A stretch of DNA of 62,567 nt, filler included. It is 6 parts of 6 records of this genome, joined end to end, with 100 filler letters (N's around TTAATTAATTAA, not from the genome) between each part and the next. Parts side by side here need not be neighbours in the genome. Positions count along the whole stretch, not along the records: positions 1 to 13,989 come from SRR31156797_5834; 5 more parts are not named here. One strand, given 5' to 3'. Below, in pieces: positions 1 through 10,605 of this stretch. Within the stretch, counting starts at the first letter, position 1; each line of letters begins with the position of its first letter. The notes below the pieces were generated by a model. The model did no database searches and had not been told where the DNA came from. It saw nothing but the letters and a program-made list of their open reading frames with translations. A program made the position numbers and the translations under genes.

Positions 1-1247
1 ATTTGATAAAACAACGTAATATTCAGCATTCGTTTTAAATAAAAAGAACCTATTACGTATGAAATAATTGTTGCGACCATATGGCCATAAATCATTTCGG
101 TTATTCCATATTTATAAGTCAGTAAGATTGATACAATAACTAACACTTTGTTTATTATCTGCAGATGCAAATAATAATCACTACGACCTTTTGCTGTAAT
201 AATTAAATTGTTTGTAGAATATACTACCTGTAGCCAGCTGTAAACACATAATATTTGTAAATAGGGTACCACTGGTAACCATTTTTCTCCCAGTACATGT
301 TTTATTATCGGACTAGCAGTGGTGAAAATAATAACCATTAAAGGCAATATTACCGCCGATAATATTCGGATAATTTTGGAGTATCCGACCAATAATTTCT
401 GGTTGTCATCCTGTATTGATGAAAAAACAGGATAAGCAACCGTTTGTATAACTACTGTAATTGTATTAACCGGTAAGTTAGTAAATTGAACTGCTCTTGT
501 ATAATATCCTAAGCTTTGGGCTTGAAATAACCTTCCAATTATTAAGTGGTAGATATTATTGAATACAGAATTTAACAATCCAGCTAATAATATTTTTGAT
601 CCGTATGCAAATAAACCTTTAATTGATTCAACACCAAATATCAATTGTGGCCTCCAGCTACTAACTTTCCACAAAAGTACTGTAGCGATAAAACTTCTTA
701 ATACTGTATTTACAACCAATGCCCAAACCCCAAATCCTTTATAAGCCAAAAAGATACTTATTGCTCCTGAAATGAAAATACTGATAACACCTATAATTGA
801 GGGAGCCTTAAAATCAAGATTCTTTTCTAAATGTGTTGTATGTATTAGTCCAAATGCATCAACAATAAAAACTAAACAAATTACTTTGGTTAAACGAATT
901 AATTGCGGTTCGCTATAGAACTTTGCAATTAATGGAGATCCCAAAAAGATTATAAAGTAAATAACAACACTTGCAAAAATATTAAAGTAAAATACCGTTG
1001 AGAAATCGACATGATCAGCATTCTTTTTTTGAATTAATGCCTGTCCAAATCCGCTGTTTGTTAACGATTTTCCAATTACTATAAAAATGGCTAGCATTCC
1101 TACCAGTCCAAAATCCGCAGGGCTTAGTATTCTTGCTAAAATAATTCCAATAACAAATTGTCCGCCAAGTCTGCCAACATTATCGATGAATGACCATTTA
1201 AAACCATTTATCGTTTTTTGTTTAAGACTACTACTCGGTTTACTCAT
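1..1247 (-). CDS. wzx: Wzx/WzxC-type polysaccharide flippase (3'-partial)
   Basis: Not in the ORF track. Manual translation from ATG at 1247 gives MSKPSSSLKQKTINGFKWSFIDNVGRLGGQFVIGIILARILSPADFGLVGMLAIF...SGFGQALIQKK, a typical PST flippase N-terminus. Confidence 0.9.
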   Translation of the reverse strand, partial: MSKPSSSLKQKTINGFKWSFIDNVGRLGGQFVIGIILARILSPADFGLVGMLAIFIVIGKSLTNSGFGQALIQKKNADHVDFSTVFYFNIFASVVIYFIIFLGSPLIAKFYSEPQLIRLTKVICLVFIVDAFGLIHTTHLEKNLDFKAPSIIGVISIFISGAISIFLAYKGFGVWALVVNTVLRSFIATVLLWKVSSWRPQLIFGVESIKGLFAYGSKILLAGLLNSVFNNIYHLIIGRLFQAQSLGYYTRAVQFTNLPVNTITVVIQTVAYPVFSSIQDDNQKLLVGYSKIIRILSAVILPLMVIIFTTASPIIKHVLGEKWLPVVPYLQILCVYSWLQVVYSTNNLIITAKGRSDYYLHLQIINKVLVIVSILLTYKYGITEMIYGHMVATIISYVIGSFYLKRMLNITLFYQ

Positions 1248-1465
1248 CTAAAAAGTATATAAACAGTCCATTGCAATATTGCATTGTATAAGAATCGTAA
1301 TACTGTAGAAGCCCCGACACACAGGCACTAAGCGAAAAACATGTTGCCCTCAAATGAATAATTAAATTCCACAAGAGCATCAAATATAAATCAGCATTCA
1401 ATCAATAATCTACCGATTTGTAGCTTATTGTGTATTATCCTTATTAAACCGGAAAATACCAGTTG

Positions 1466-2599
1466 TTAAGATGAAACCGCAGAAACCTCTTTTACCTGGG
1501 GTATAGAACTTTGCTTAATCCTTTCTATTATCTCTTTGGAAAACAGTTTATGATTGTATTTCTTTTTACATAAATATTTTCCACGCTCACCCATTTCTCT
1601 AGCCTCTTCCGGATTATTAATCAAATAATTAATAGCGTCGCGCCACCCAATAACATCTTTATCATCTATGATAAATCCAACTTTTTCTTTTTCAAGATTA
1701 AACTGGTGAAGTTTATTGTAGGTACAAATAACCGGTTTACCCATTCCCAGTGCTTCCCAAAAAACGGTTAATCCGATTGGAGCATTTTGTATATTACCAT
1801 GAAGAGGTAAAGCAACAGCCAGGGAGTTATAATATTCTTCTCTCATTAATCCAACCGAGTACAGTCCTGGTTTTATGGTGTTATTTAGATGAACATTTGA
1901 TGGGATGTCTTTTATCGCATTAATATCCGAGTCTTTTTTTGTTGTTATCCTTAAATCAAAATCAATTTCTTTAAAAGCTTCAATCAGTGTTTTAAAATCT
2001 CTGCCCGAGCCTCCGGTTGAATAAATATAATTTTGTTTGGACTGGCTGGTTTGTTTTGAAATATAAGAATCACAGAATTCAAAATCAGCGCCCCACGATT
2101 CGGAGAAACCATGACTGTTTTTTAATTTTCCGTAATTAGTACTTTCCTGATACGTTTTCTTGGTGATAAATATTAGCGAGTTGAATCCATTCAAATAGAT
2201 ATACCTTAACAATTTTTGTCTAAACTTTTTTAAAAAATGTTTCTTATAGGGAGCATAAGCATCGAGCCCCAATCCAACTAATGGTTTGTCATGAAATTTT
2301 AGCACTTTCAGTAGTGCCAGCAGAAAAACATCTTCAATAAAAGGGCAATAAATAACATCATATTTATTTATGCTTTTTAAAATGTTTATTTGCTGTTGCA
2401 GGTTTAACATTTTTATTTTTTTGCCCAACCTGTTTAAAAAACTATTACGGTTATATTCAATACATTCAACTAAAATATCACTGTCTTTTATCTGATCGTA
2501 GCAATATAAATTGTGTCTGGGATATTCTCCTCCCTGACTCATAAATTCCATAATTTCATCTAAGGAATAAAAACGCATTACTTGTGCAGCTTTGGTCAT
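1466..2599 (-). CDS. Glycosyltransferase, GT4/GT-B fold
   Basis: C-terminal GLTVFWEALGMGKPVICT motif and RDFKTLIEA; lies in a polysaccharide locus. Confidence 0.85.
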   Translation of the reverse strand: MTKAAQVMRFYSLDEIMEFMSQGGEYPRHNLYCYDQIKDSDILVECIEYNRNSFLNRLGKKIKMLNLQQQINILKSINKYDVIYCPFIEDVFLLALLKVLKFHDKPLVGLGLDAYAPYKKHFLKKFRQKLLRYIYLNGFNSLIFITKKTYQESTNYGKLKNSHGFSESWGADFEFCDSYISKQTSQSKQNYIYSTGGSGRDFKTLIEAFKEIDFDLRITTKKDSDINAIKDIPSNVHLNNTIKPGLYSVGLMREEYYNSLAVALPLHGNIQNAPIGLTVFWEALGMGKPVICTYNKLHQFNLEKEKVGFIIDDKDVIGWRDAINYLINNPEEAREMGERGKYLCKKKYNHKLFSKEIIERIKQSSIPQVKEVSAVSS

Positions 2600-2884
2600 T
2601 ATCTTTTTAGTTAATGGCTAATCTTAAACGAATGTTATCTCAGTAATTCAAATTGAAGCAATTTGTTTTTTTGAAATAGAGTGGAAATAACAGTTTCCGA
2701 AGCATCTTTTAACTACCCATAGAAAATAAGAGCATATTTTCTGACAAAAAGACTTCGCGCCCGGAAACTATTATTTCCTTTCTCCCTAAGGAGAGATAAA
2801 AAATAAGGGTATTTTTCTGCCTATACAAGGCTTTTTTAAAGCTTAATTATTTTTTATACCATGCACACTCACAGCCTTATACAC

Positions 2885-4087
2885 TTATAAACAAATAATA
2901 CTTGGGTATAAACCCATACCCGAAAGAATATTGGATATTTCCAGCTTATAAACACCATTCATAACAATAACAATGTCGGGCTTATAAGTTTGCAGAAAGC
3001 TTGGATCTTTATACTGAATTCCAATTCCCGGTATAAAATTTCCTAACATATTCGGATTAATATCAATGACATGCTTTATTGCCTTCATCGAATCAAATTG
3101 TGTTAAAAAGCCTATTGCTTTTGATCCACCTCCCCACAGAACAACTTTCTTTCCTTCATCTTTTATCTGTTGAATACGTTGTTTCCACAGGTCAAGCTCT
3201 TTACTAATTTTTACAATAAACCGGTTAATATGGTACCTCAGTTCTGTAATACTTTCTTCTTCCTGGTGTAATTTCTGGTATTTACTGTTTGTTGCGCGGG
3301 CTTCGATAAACAAATACTGATCGTCGTATTCGCGATATAAATCAAGTACTTCAAAATTATTTCGTTTAAACAACCTGGCGAGAGACCCCGGACTGAAATA
3401 ATTACAATGTTCGTAATATATATCCCAGAATGCTTGTTTTCTTAATATTCTTACAGCATTCGGAACTTCCATAAAAACAAATACCTTTTCGTCGGGCTTT
3501 ATTGACTCTCTGATCGTTTTAATGAAGCTATCCGATTTGTATATATGCTCTAAGGTATGACGACAAGTTATAACATCTTTAGGAAGATTAGCATGCTTCT
3601 CTGAATAATATTCTTTTAGAAATGTAATATTTGGATTTGCACGTATTCTTCCTTCAACAAATGCTGGATCAATTCCAATTCCCCTGTTATTTCCCAAATT
3701 GCAAAACATTTCAAGAAAATCACCTTTGCCACATCCAACTTCAATAACATTTTTATTATAGATATTATACTTGTCTATAAATTTCCGGGTAACATCTTTT
3801 AAGAAAGTACTAAAAGTTGATGAATAGCCTTGTTGGTCTTCGTAACCATTTTCAAAGAAATTGATAGTTTCATCAAACTGACTGTTAAATATGCTCCCAC
3901 AATCGTTACAGAAAGAAAGAAATATGTCTTTTCGGGGTATAGCCAATGCCTCTTTTTGCGTTTTTATGGTTACAACGCTTTGAACCGGCGCATCCTTTAC
4001 ACAAAAAAATACATCAGTATTTTTACTTGTACACCCCGGACATTTAGCTTGCTTATTTACAATATTGTTTAAAGTAATGTCCACCAT
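2885..4087 (-). CDS. NDP-sugar C-methyltransferase-like class I SAM methyltransferase
   Basis: N-terminal CPGC...CNDC Zn motif, EVGCGKG SAM motif, RHTLEH, IYYEH, C-terminal VLWGGGSK domain. Confidence 0.85.
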   Translation of the reverse strand: MVDITLNNIVNKQAKCPGCTSKNTDVFFCVKDAPVQSVVTIKTQKEALAIPRKDIFLSFCNDCGSIFNSQFDETINFFENGYEDQQGYSSTFSTFLKDVTRKFIDKYNIYNKNVIEVGCGKGDFLEMFCNLGNNRGIGIDPAFVEGRIRANPNITFLKEYYSEKHANLPKDVITCRHTLEHIYKSDSFIKTIRESIKPDEKVFVFMEVPNAVRILRKQAFWDIYYEHCNYFSPGSLARLFKRNNFEVLDLYREYDDQYLFIEARATNSKYQKLHQEEESITELRYHINRFIVKISKELDLWKQRIQQIKDEGKKVVLWGGGSKAIGFLTQFDSMKAIKHVIDINPNMLGNFIPGIGIQYKDPSFLQTYKPDIVIVMNGVYKLEISNILSGMGLYPSIICL

Positions 4088-4203
4088 ATTTCTGTATAAA
4101 AAAGTTTTTAGAAACTATATAGTTAAAATTCTTCTATCGTTTGGCAATACGTAAATAGTGGTGTAAGAGGATGCTGATTTTTAAAATTAACCTGATTGGC
4201 TAA

Positions 4204-4845
4204 TTACAAAATTTGCTTTCTTACATAGAAAGCTTCTGCAAATGTTGTAGCCGATTCCATTCCTCGAATGCGCGGAAGGGCACTAAAGGTGTCCTCGTCG
4301 AACCAGTGTTTGTTACTCTGTGAGTTAAAGCTTTCTAAAATTATCTTATTTCGCTTTTCCAGGTGTTCCTGACTTAAGGGGACATAAAGGTTCGGATTTC
4401 CCAGGTCTCCATCATATTTTGGAATTTCATACTCAAAAATGAGATGGTTACGCCAGGTATTCCAGGTTAAATTACAGATAAAGCGGTGATCTTGATGTAA
4501 ATCGTTGCGGTAATGAGTGAATATTAAATCTGGTGAAAACTCTTTTTTTATTTCTTCAAAAAATTCTTTTATCAGAATATAGTCGGCTTCTAAAAAACCA
4601 TCGCGAAATGACTTTATAATTACATTTTTCTGATCAGTATTTTTGAGTATTAGGTTGGCACTGCATTTCGCTTCTTCTGCCCGCGTTTTATTCGATGTAA
4701 AAACAATCCAAACTACTTTATTAATGTCGTATTCCTCTGTAATTTTAAGTATTGTTCCACCAGCACCTATTTCTATATCATCGCAATGTGCACCAAGGCA
4801 CAGTATGTTAAGTGGTTTTTCATTACCAATACTAAACGACAACAT
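4204..4845 (-). CDS. PIG-L/LmbE family deacetylase
   Basis: GAHCDDIEIG and DLHQDH metal-binding motifs. Confidence 0.9.
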   Translation of the reverse strand: MLSFSIGNEKPLNILCLGAHCDDIEIGAGGTILKITEEYDINKVVWIVFTSNKTRAEEAKCSANLILKNTDQKNVIIKSFRDGFLEADYILIKEFFEEIKKEFSPDLIFTHYRNDLHQDHRFICNLTWNTWRNHLIFEYEIPKYDGDLGNPNLYVPLSQEHLEKRNKIILESFNSQSNKHWFDEDTFSALPRIRGMESATTFAEAFYVRKQIL

Positions 4846-5674
4846 AGCTTGAGAACATTTTTGTTAGCTTGGTTTTTTTCCCTGTTTTCACGTCACCGTT
4901 TTGCCATACTTCCCAGGGAGGATTTCCTTGTGCATAAATATCGTCGAGTTGCTTTTTGTCCTTAAAAGTGTCCATGCTGGCCCAAAATCCTTTGTGCTCC
5001 CACGAGATAAGCTTTTTCTGTTCAATCAACCTTTTAAACGGTTCATCCACCAACTCTTCACCATAATTAATGTGGTTAAAAATTTCTTTTCGAAGAATAA
5101 AATAACCGGTATTAATGTGAAGGCCAGAAGTGCCAATATGACTTATATTATCGACCAAACCATTCTTTTCGCGTTTTACAATATGAAAACTCTGCGTGGG
5201 TTGATATACCATAAATGAGGCTGTTTTGTCTTTTTCTTTTTTAAACCAATTGATCATTTTATTCAGGTTCAAGTCAGTAAGGCCGTCGCTGTAGTTTGCC
5301 AAAAACATCTCTTCTCCTTCCAGGTATTCCTTTACTTTTACCAGTCGTGTACCTATATTCGAATTTAAACCAGTATCTACAAATGTTATTTTCCAATCGT
5401 CAATATCAGAGTTTAATAATTCAATATCTCTACCTCCTTTGGTATAAACAAAGTTGTTCGATATTGCCTCGTTGTAATTAATAAAGTAATCTTTAATGTA
5501 GTCTGCTTTGTACCCGAGGCATAAAATAAAATTTTTATGACCATAACTGGCATAATATTTCATAATGTTCCAAAGAATTGGTCTGTATCCGATCAATACC
5601 ATTGGTTTCGGAATCTGATCAGAATATTCTCTCAGACGGATTCCTTGTCCACCGCAGAAGAGTACTACTTTCAT
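4832..5674 (-). CDS. rfbF: Glucose-1-phosphate cytidylyltransferase-like nucleotidyltransferase
   Basis: MKVVLFCGGQGIRL..PKPMV, LCLGYK, VDTG, YSDG and GFWASMDT motifs. Confidence 0.85.
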   Translation of the reverse strand: MKVVLFCGGQGIRLREYSDQIPKPMVLIGYRPILWNIMKYYASYGHKNFILCLGYKADYIKDYFINYNEAISNNFVYTKGGRDIELLNSDIDDWKITFVDTGLNSNIGTRLVKVKEYLEGEEMFLANYSDGLTDLNLNKMINWFKKEKDKTASFMVYQPTQSFHIVKREKNGLVDNISHIGTSGLHINTGYFILRKEIFNHINYGEELVDEPFKRLIEQKKLISWEHKGFWASMDTFKDKKQLDDIYAQGNPPWEVWQNGDVKTGKKTKLTKMFSSYVVV

Positions 5675-5724
5675 AACACAATTTTTTAAGGTTATTAATT
5701 CCGTGAGAAGTGGGTGTTTATGTA

Positions 5725-7023
5725 TTAAACCATGTTTGCAGCGTTAAGCAGTTGTTTCTGCTTTGCGTAATTCTGGTCTATAATCTTTAGTTCGGGTATA
5801 GGCACCACAAACCTGGCCCCCCATTCGTAAACATATTTATGATGGCTAATTATTTCTTCTTTTAAATTCCAGGGCAGGATAAAGATATAATCGGGTTTGG
5901 TTTCTTTTATCATCTCCGGAGAATAAATTGGGATATGTGTTCCGGGCAGATAATTACCTTGTTTATGCGGACTCCGGTCAACAGTGTAATCTAAAAAGTC
6001 GGTTCTGATACCACAATAATTTAGTAGGGTATTGCCTTTTCCGGGAGCTCCATAACCTATAATCTGCTTTCCTTCTCTTTTAGCCTGAATTAGAAAATTG
6101 AGAATTTTACGTTTCGTTTCCTGAACCTTTTCTTTAAATGATGTATAATATTCCAGGTTGTTTAATCCGGCTTGTTCTTCTCTGGCTAATAAATTAGTTA
6201 CGCTTTGCCTGATTGGTTTTTTATAATCATTCTGATGGCGTGCATGGATACGAATTGAGCCTCCATGTGTTGGTAGTTCTTCCACATGATAAAGTACCAG
6301 TTCGTATCGTTGAAAAATATTTTTGACAACTGAAAATGATAAGTAGGAGAAGTGTTCGTGATAAATCGTATCAAACTGGTTTCCTTCAACCAATTTTAAT
6401 ATATGCGGAAATTCCATGGTAATTACACCATTGTGCTTTAAAAAAAGTTTCATGCCTTTAACAAAGTCATTAATGTTTGGTACATGAGCAAGTACATTGT
6501 TGCCTATTATTAAATCTGCTTTGCCATATGAATGAATTAAATCAGCAGCTGTTTTGGTGCCAAAAAACTTTATTTCTGTCCTTACATTTTTTTCTTTAAT
6601 GGCGTATTCTGCAACTCTTTTTGATGGTTCAATTCCTAGAACAGGAATACCTTTTTCCACAAAAAACTGCAACAGATACCCATCATTACTGGCAATTTCA
6701 GCAACAAGTTTATCGGGAGTAACGCCAAATTCTTCTACCGCATAATTAACATACTTTTTTGCATGATTTACCCAGGTATCTGAAAATGATGAATAATACC
6801 CGTAATCGCGATAGATTAACTCCGGTGATGCACTTTCCGGAACCTGAACCAAAAAACATTCATCGCAGATATATACTTTAAGCGGAAAATGAGGTTCCAT
6901 TTTATTCAGTTCAACCGGTTTAATTCGATCCTGGCACAAAGGCTGCATTCCAAGGTCTACCACCTGGTGTTTTAAAGGTGCATTACAAAAATTACATTTT
7001 CTGGCAGATTTTTCTGATATCAT
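5725..7023 (-). CDS. NDP-hexose C-methyltransferase (NovU/TylC3-like)
   Basis: CNFC..CDECFLVQ, EIASNDGYLL, NNVLAHVP, FDTIYHEHFSY, THGGSIR, YGAPGKGNTLLN. Confidence 0.9.
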   Translation of the reverse strand: MISEKSARKCNFCNAPLKHQVVDLGMQPLCQDRIKPVELNKMEPHFPLKVYICDECFLVQVPESASPELIYRDYGYYSSFSDTWVNHAKKYVNYAVEEFGVTPDKLVAEIASNDGYLLQFFVEKGIPVLGIEPSKRVAEYAIKEKNVRTEIKFFGTKTAADLIHSYGKADLIIGNNVLAHVPNINDFVKGMKLFLKHNGVITMEFPHILKLVEGNQFDTIYHEHFSYLSFSVVKNIFQRYELVLYHVEELPTHGGSIRIHARHQNDYKKPIRQSVTNLLAREEQAGLNNLEYYTSFKEKVQETKRKILNFLIQAKREGKQIIGYGAPGKGNTLLNYCGIRTDFLDYTVDRSPHKQGNYLPGTHIPIYSPEMIKETKPDYIFILPWNLKEEIISHHKYVYEWGARFVVPIPELKIIDQNYAKQKQLLNAANMV

Positions 7024-7074
7024 GGTGATTAAATTTAGGTTATTTACAACAATATATTTGAAGGAGGTAGAATA

Positions 7075-8280
7075 TTATCCATTTAACTTCGCAATAGCTC
7101 TATTGGCAATAGACGAACCTATAGCAAGCGAAGCTGTTGCAGCAGGAGAGGGGGCATTTAATACATTTAGAACATGTTTATCTTCTACAATCAGGAAATC
7201 ATCTACCAGTTTTCCGTTTCTGTTACACGCCTGTGCTCTAACACCTGCGCCACCCGTTTTCAGGTCTTTCGCTTGTATTTCAGGAATTAATTTTTGAAGT
7301 GCCTTTGTTAGAGCCGGTTTGGAATAAGAACGATAGTATTCTCCCAGGCCTGTTTTCCAATATCTACTCATTACCTTTCGAAATCCGGGCCACATTAATG
7401 AATCCCAAAACTCGCTCCCTTTAAACGAAGTTTTTTTATATCCTTCCCGTTTAAAAGCCCAAACTGCATTGGGTCCTGCTTCAATCCCACCATGTATCAT
7501 TCGTGTAAAGTGTACACCCAGAAATGGGAATTTAGGATTAGGAACCGGATAAATTAAATTATTTACCAAATGGCTTTTTTCATTGGCAAGTTCAACGTAT
7601 TCTCCTCGAAAAGGAATAATCCGGACATCAAGATGATTTTGCACCAATTGTGCAACTTTATCGCAATACAACCCCGAGGTATTAATTACCAATTTTGAAA
7701 TGTACTCATTTCCGTTGGCAAAAACTGATGCTTGTTTGCCGTTTGTTTGTATAGCGGTTACTTTGTTGTTCAGGAATATTTCTCCACCATAACGATTTTT
7801 AAAAATCTCGGCATATTTTAAACTCACCTGTTTAAAGTCGATAATTCCGGTGTTTGGAACATGTATTGCAGCTAATCCTGTTGCATGTGGCTCATATTCT
7901 TTAATTTCTTCTTTTGATATCTTTTTTATCTCAGACAATCCATTTTGATAACCTCGTTTTAAAAGTTCATCCAAATAAATCAACTCTTCCTGCTCAGTTG
8001 CCACTATTATTTTGCCACACAAATTATAGTTGATATTTTCTTTTTCGCAAAAATCAATTAATTGTTTATAACCCGACACACAATTAATTGCCTTTAAGCT
8101 TCCGGGCTTGTAATAGATGCCAGAGTGGATAACACCACTGTTGTTTCCGGTTTGGTGAAAGGCCAGTTCGCTTTCTTTCTCGAGTAAGGCAATATTCAAC
8201 TTTGGCTTTTCAACTTTTAAACGTAAAGCTGTAGCTAAACCCACAATTCCCCCACCTATGATAGTAATATCGTATTTCAT
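7075..8280 (-). CDS. lhgO: L-2-hydroxyglutarate oxidase family FAD oxidoreductase
   Basis: GGGIVGLA FAD motif, HQTGNNSGVIHSGIYYKPGSLKA, PFLGVHFT, GVRAQA, NAPSPAATASLAIG. Confidence 0.9.
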   Translation of the reverse strand: MKYDITIIGGGIVGLATALRLKVEKPKLNIALLEKESELAFHQTGNNSGVIHSGIYYKPGSLKAINCVSGYKQLIDFCEKENINYNLCGKIIVATEQEELIYLDELLKRGYQNGLSEIKKISKEEIKEYEPHATGLAAIHVPNTGIIDFKQVSLKYAEIFKNRYGGEIFLNNKVTAIQTNGKQASVFANGNEYISKLVINTSGLYCDKVAQLVQNHLDVRIIPFRGEYVELANEKSHLVNNLIYPVPNPKFPFLGVHFTRMIHGGIEAGPNAVWAFKREGYKKTSFKGSEFWDSLMWPGFRKVMSRYWKTGLGEYYRSYSKPALTKALQKLIPEIQAKDLKTGGAGVRAQACNRNGKLVDDFLIVEDKHVLNVLNAPSPAATASLAIGSSIANRAIAKLNG

Positions 8281-8331
8281 TGGGATTGGTCTAAAAATAT
8301 TTTTTGGATAGAAAAACGTGTGTTGGACTGA

Positions 8332-9387
8332 TCAGTTGTTCCAGTTTAAATTTTTATCCAGTAGCTCTTTTTGCTGTAATTGATGAATTACATTTAGCCT
8401 TATTAAAATTGATTCTCTGAAATGCAAATTATTAAATCCTAACTGTTTCAGAGCAGAATACAAATTTTCGATTGTTGACTTTAAGTTGTATCGAGGTTGA
8501 TGGTTAGGAGCTAATCTTTTGTACAAATCAAAATTCACCTTGTAAGATCTCTTATCCGGTGGGGCATCTGTATTAATTTTTACTTCACAACCTATCACAA
8601 CTTCGGCTACTACTTCTGCCAATTCTTTTACCTGATAATTCCATTCATTACTTCCGGCATTAACGGCCAGAAAGTTGCCCCCATTATTTGCAGGACGTTC
8701 TACCGCCCAGTCAATAGCCCGTGCCATATCATGAACATTTATCAAAGGTCTCCAGGGAGTACCGTCACTTAATATATCTATTTGCTTAGACGTTAAAGCT
8801 CCGGCCACAAAATCATTTACAACCAGGTCCAGTCTTAAACGATCACTCATTCCACAACCGGTGGCAAAACGCAGGCACGTAACTGTAAAGTTTGCATCTG
8901 CAAGTTGTTCCAGTTCTATTTCAGCTGCTATTTTCGACCGTGCATAAGCTGTCAATGGGTTCAGGGTATCTGTTTCTGTTTTGGCGTGGTCATCAGCAGC
9001 CCCATAAACACTGCAACTAGATGCAAAAACAAAAGATTTAACTCCATATTCCTTTGCTTTTATAGCCATATTTACAGCTGCTTTATAATTTATTTCCATG
9101 GTTATTTCTTCAAACCTGTTCCCCATAGGGTCGTTTGAAATTGCTGCCAGGTATACTATTGCATCAACATTGTTTAATATACCGGAATCAAAATTACGAA
9201 CGTCACCAAAAATCTGATGGGTAAGTTTAACTTCTGGCAAAATTGAAGAGTTGGTCAAACAATTGGCAAAAAATCCGGTATCGTAACCAATCAGTTCCGA
9301 CTCAGGATACGTTTTTCGTAATTGAGCAACTACTCCGGGGCCCACATAGCCCATGTTACCGGTTATTAATATTTTTGGATTTTTCAT
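8332..9387 (-). CDS. NAD-dependent epimerase/dehydratase (extended SDR)
   Basis: TGNMGYVG, ASSCSVYG, YARSK catalytic motif. Confidence 0.9.
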   Translation of the reverse strand: MKNPKILITGNMGYVGPGVVAQLRKTYPESELIGYDTGFFANCLTNSSILPEVKLTHQIFGDVRNFDSGILNNVDAIVYLAAISNDPMGNRFEEITMEINYKAAVNMAIKAKEYGVKSFVFASSCSVYGAADDHAKTETDTLNPLTAYARSKIAAEIELEQLADANFTVTCLRFATGCGMSDRLRLDLVVNDFVAGALTSKQIDILSDGTPWRPLINVHDMARAIDWAVERPANNGGNFLAVNAGSNEWNYQVKELAEVVAEVVIGCEVKINTDAPPDKRSYKVNFDLYKRLAPNHQPRYNLKSTIENLYSALKQLGFNNLHFRESILIRLNVIHQLQQKELLDKNLNWNN

Positions 9388-9569
9388 AATTCTTCCTTAG
9401 GGGTGCTTCGAAATAATTAGAATTTTTAATGATTGAGAATTAGTCAAATACACCATTATTCTAGTTTAATTTCACTAATTCTTAGAATAATGTTACAAAG
9501 TCATTAGGATTGACAACTCGTAAATTAAACAAATTTTTGGGAATACGCCCTTTCCTAATAAGCAAGTAT

Positions 9570-10211
9570 TCAGGTGTTTATCCTGACTTGCTCATACTTG
9601 TTACGAATGGGGATTTGATTATATGGTTTAGACACTTCTAAACTTTTCTTTGGTGTTTTTCTACTTTTTCCAGATTTTTCTTTTATTGTTTTTAATACTC
9701 GAATTTCGTCTTTTGCTATTTTGGCGTATAAACTACAATTCATAGCTTCAATTCTTATTAAAATCCTCGATTGGCCGCATATGCGAACAACTTCTCCTTG
9801 TAGCCCTTTTAGTTGCCCAAAAATAACTTCAGCCTTCGTGCCTTTCGAAACTCTTTTTCGGGTTAAAATTACATCTCTTTCATCCTGGGATATTAACTTT
9901 CTGATATTTTCAATTTGATATTCTGGTATTGATTTTGGTTTTCCTTCAAAACATACATAGTTTACAACACCAGAAGTATCTAACACTTTAAAATATTCCT
10001 GATAAGACACTTTTACAAAGATGTAACACCGAAATAGGGGTTCCTCCACCAACTTTTTTCTCTGACTCCACTGTTTTAAGGTCTTAAATAAAGGAAGATA
10101 ACATTCTATATTTTGCTCATCTAATTTTGATCTAATTTTTTTCTCCTGATTCACTCTGGTGTAAACCGCGTACCATTTATAAGTAGATTTATTCAAACCC
10201 ATAACGCACAA
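9570..10211 (-). CDS. upxY: UpxY/NusG-family transcription antiterminator
   Basis: WYAVYTRVNQEKK...PLFRCYIFV NGN domain plus a KOW region, near the head of the polysaccharide operon. True start may be ATG at 10202. Confidence 0.9.
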   Translation of the reverse strand: MCVMGLNKSTYKWYAVYTRVNQEKKIRSKLDEQNIECYLPLFKTLKQWSQRKKLVEEPLFRCYIFVKVSYQEYFKVLDTSGVVNYVCFEGKPKSIPEYQIENIRKLISQDERDVILTRKRVSKGTKAEVIFGQLKGLQGEVVRICGQSRILIRIEAMNCSLYAKIAKDEIRVLKTIKEKSGKSRKTPKKSLEVSKPYNQIPIRNKYEQVRINT

Positions 10212-10251
10212 TTTTGATATGATTCAATTTAAATCAGCCTTGTTTATAAGA

Positions 10252-10524
10252 TTAAGAGTTTTCGTATTTGCTTAATAAACCCTTTAACTTTTGATTCTCA
10301 AGACTGATGTCTGCAAACATACGTTTTAAGCGCTCATTCTCTTCTTTGAGCTTTTTAATCTCGTATGTCTCGTTGGAAGTTGTGCGTCCATACTTCGACT
10401 TCCAATTGTAGAACGTAGCTTGGCTAATTTGATATTCTTCAATTAATCTGGAGATAGAAGTGCCATCCTCATATTTTTGAAGAACATCTTTAATTTGATT
10501 AATCGTAAACCTTCGACGCGTCAT
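10252..10524 (-). CDS. Solo IS3 OrfA-like helix-turn-helix protein (HTH plus coiled coil)
   Basis: RRRFT..QI...YQISQATFYNWKSKYG...KLKEENERLKRMFADISLEN. No OrfB/DDE gene follows. Confidence 0.8.
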   Translation of the reverse strand: MTRRRFTINQIKDVLQKYEDGTSISRLIEEYQISQATFYNWKSKYGRTTSNETYEIKKLKEENERLKRMFADISLENQKLKGLLSKYENS

Positions 10525-10569
10525 TTTTAGTTTTTTTTTGAAATCAACAGTAGAGCCAGAAGATTGAAA

Positions 10570-10605
10570 ACATTAGATAATTAGTTCTAATTATATTTCT
10601 AATGT
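10570..10605. promoter_or_regulatory. Nested inverted repeat upstream of the HTH-upxY operon
   Basis: ACATTAGA-TAATTAG-TT-CTAATTA-TATT-TCTAATGT. Function is inferred only. Confidence 0.35.

Noticed and set aside
10252-10524. Complete IS3 element
   Set aside because: No OrfB/DDE domain, and I found no terminal inverted repeats or target duplication.
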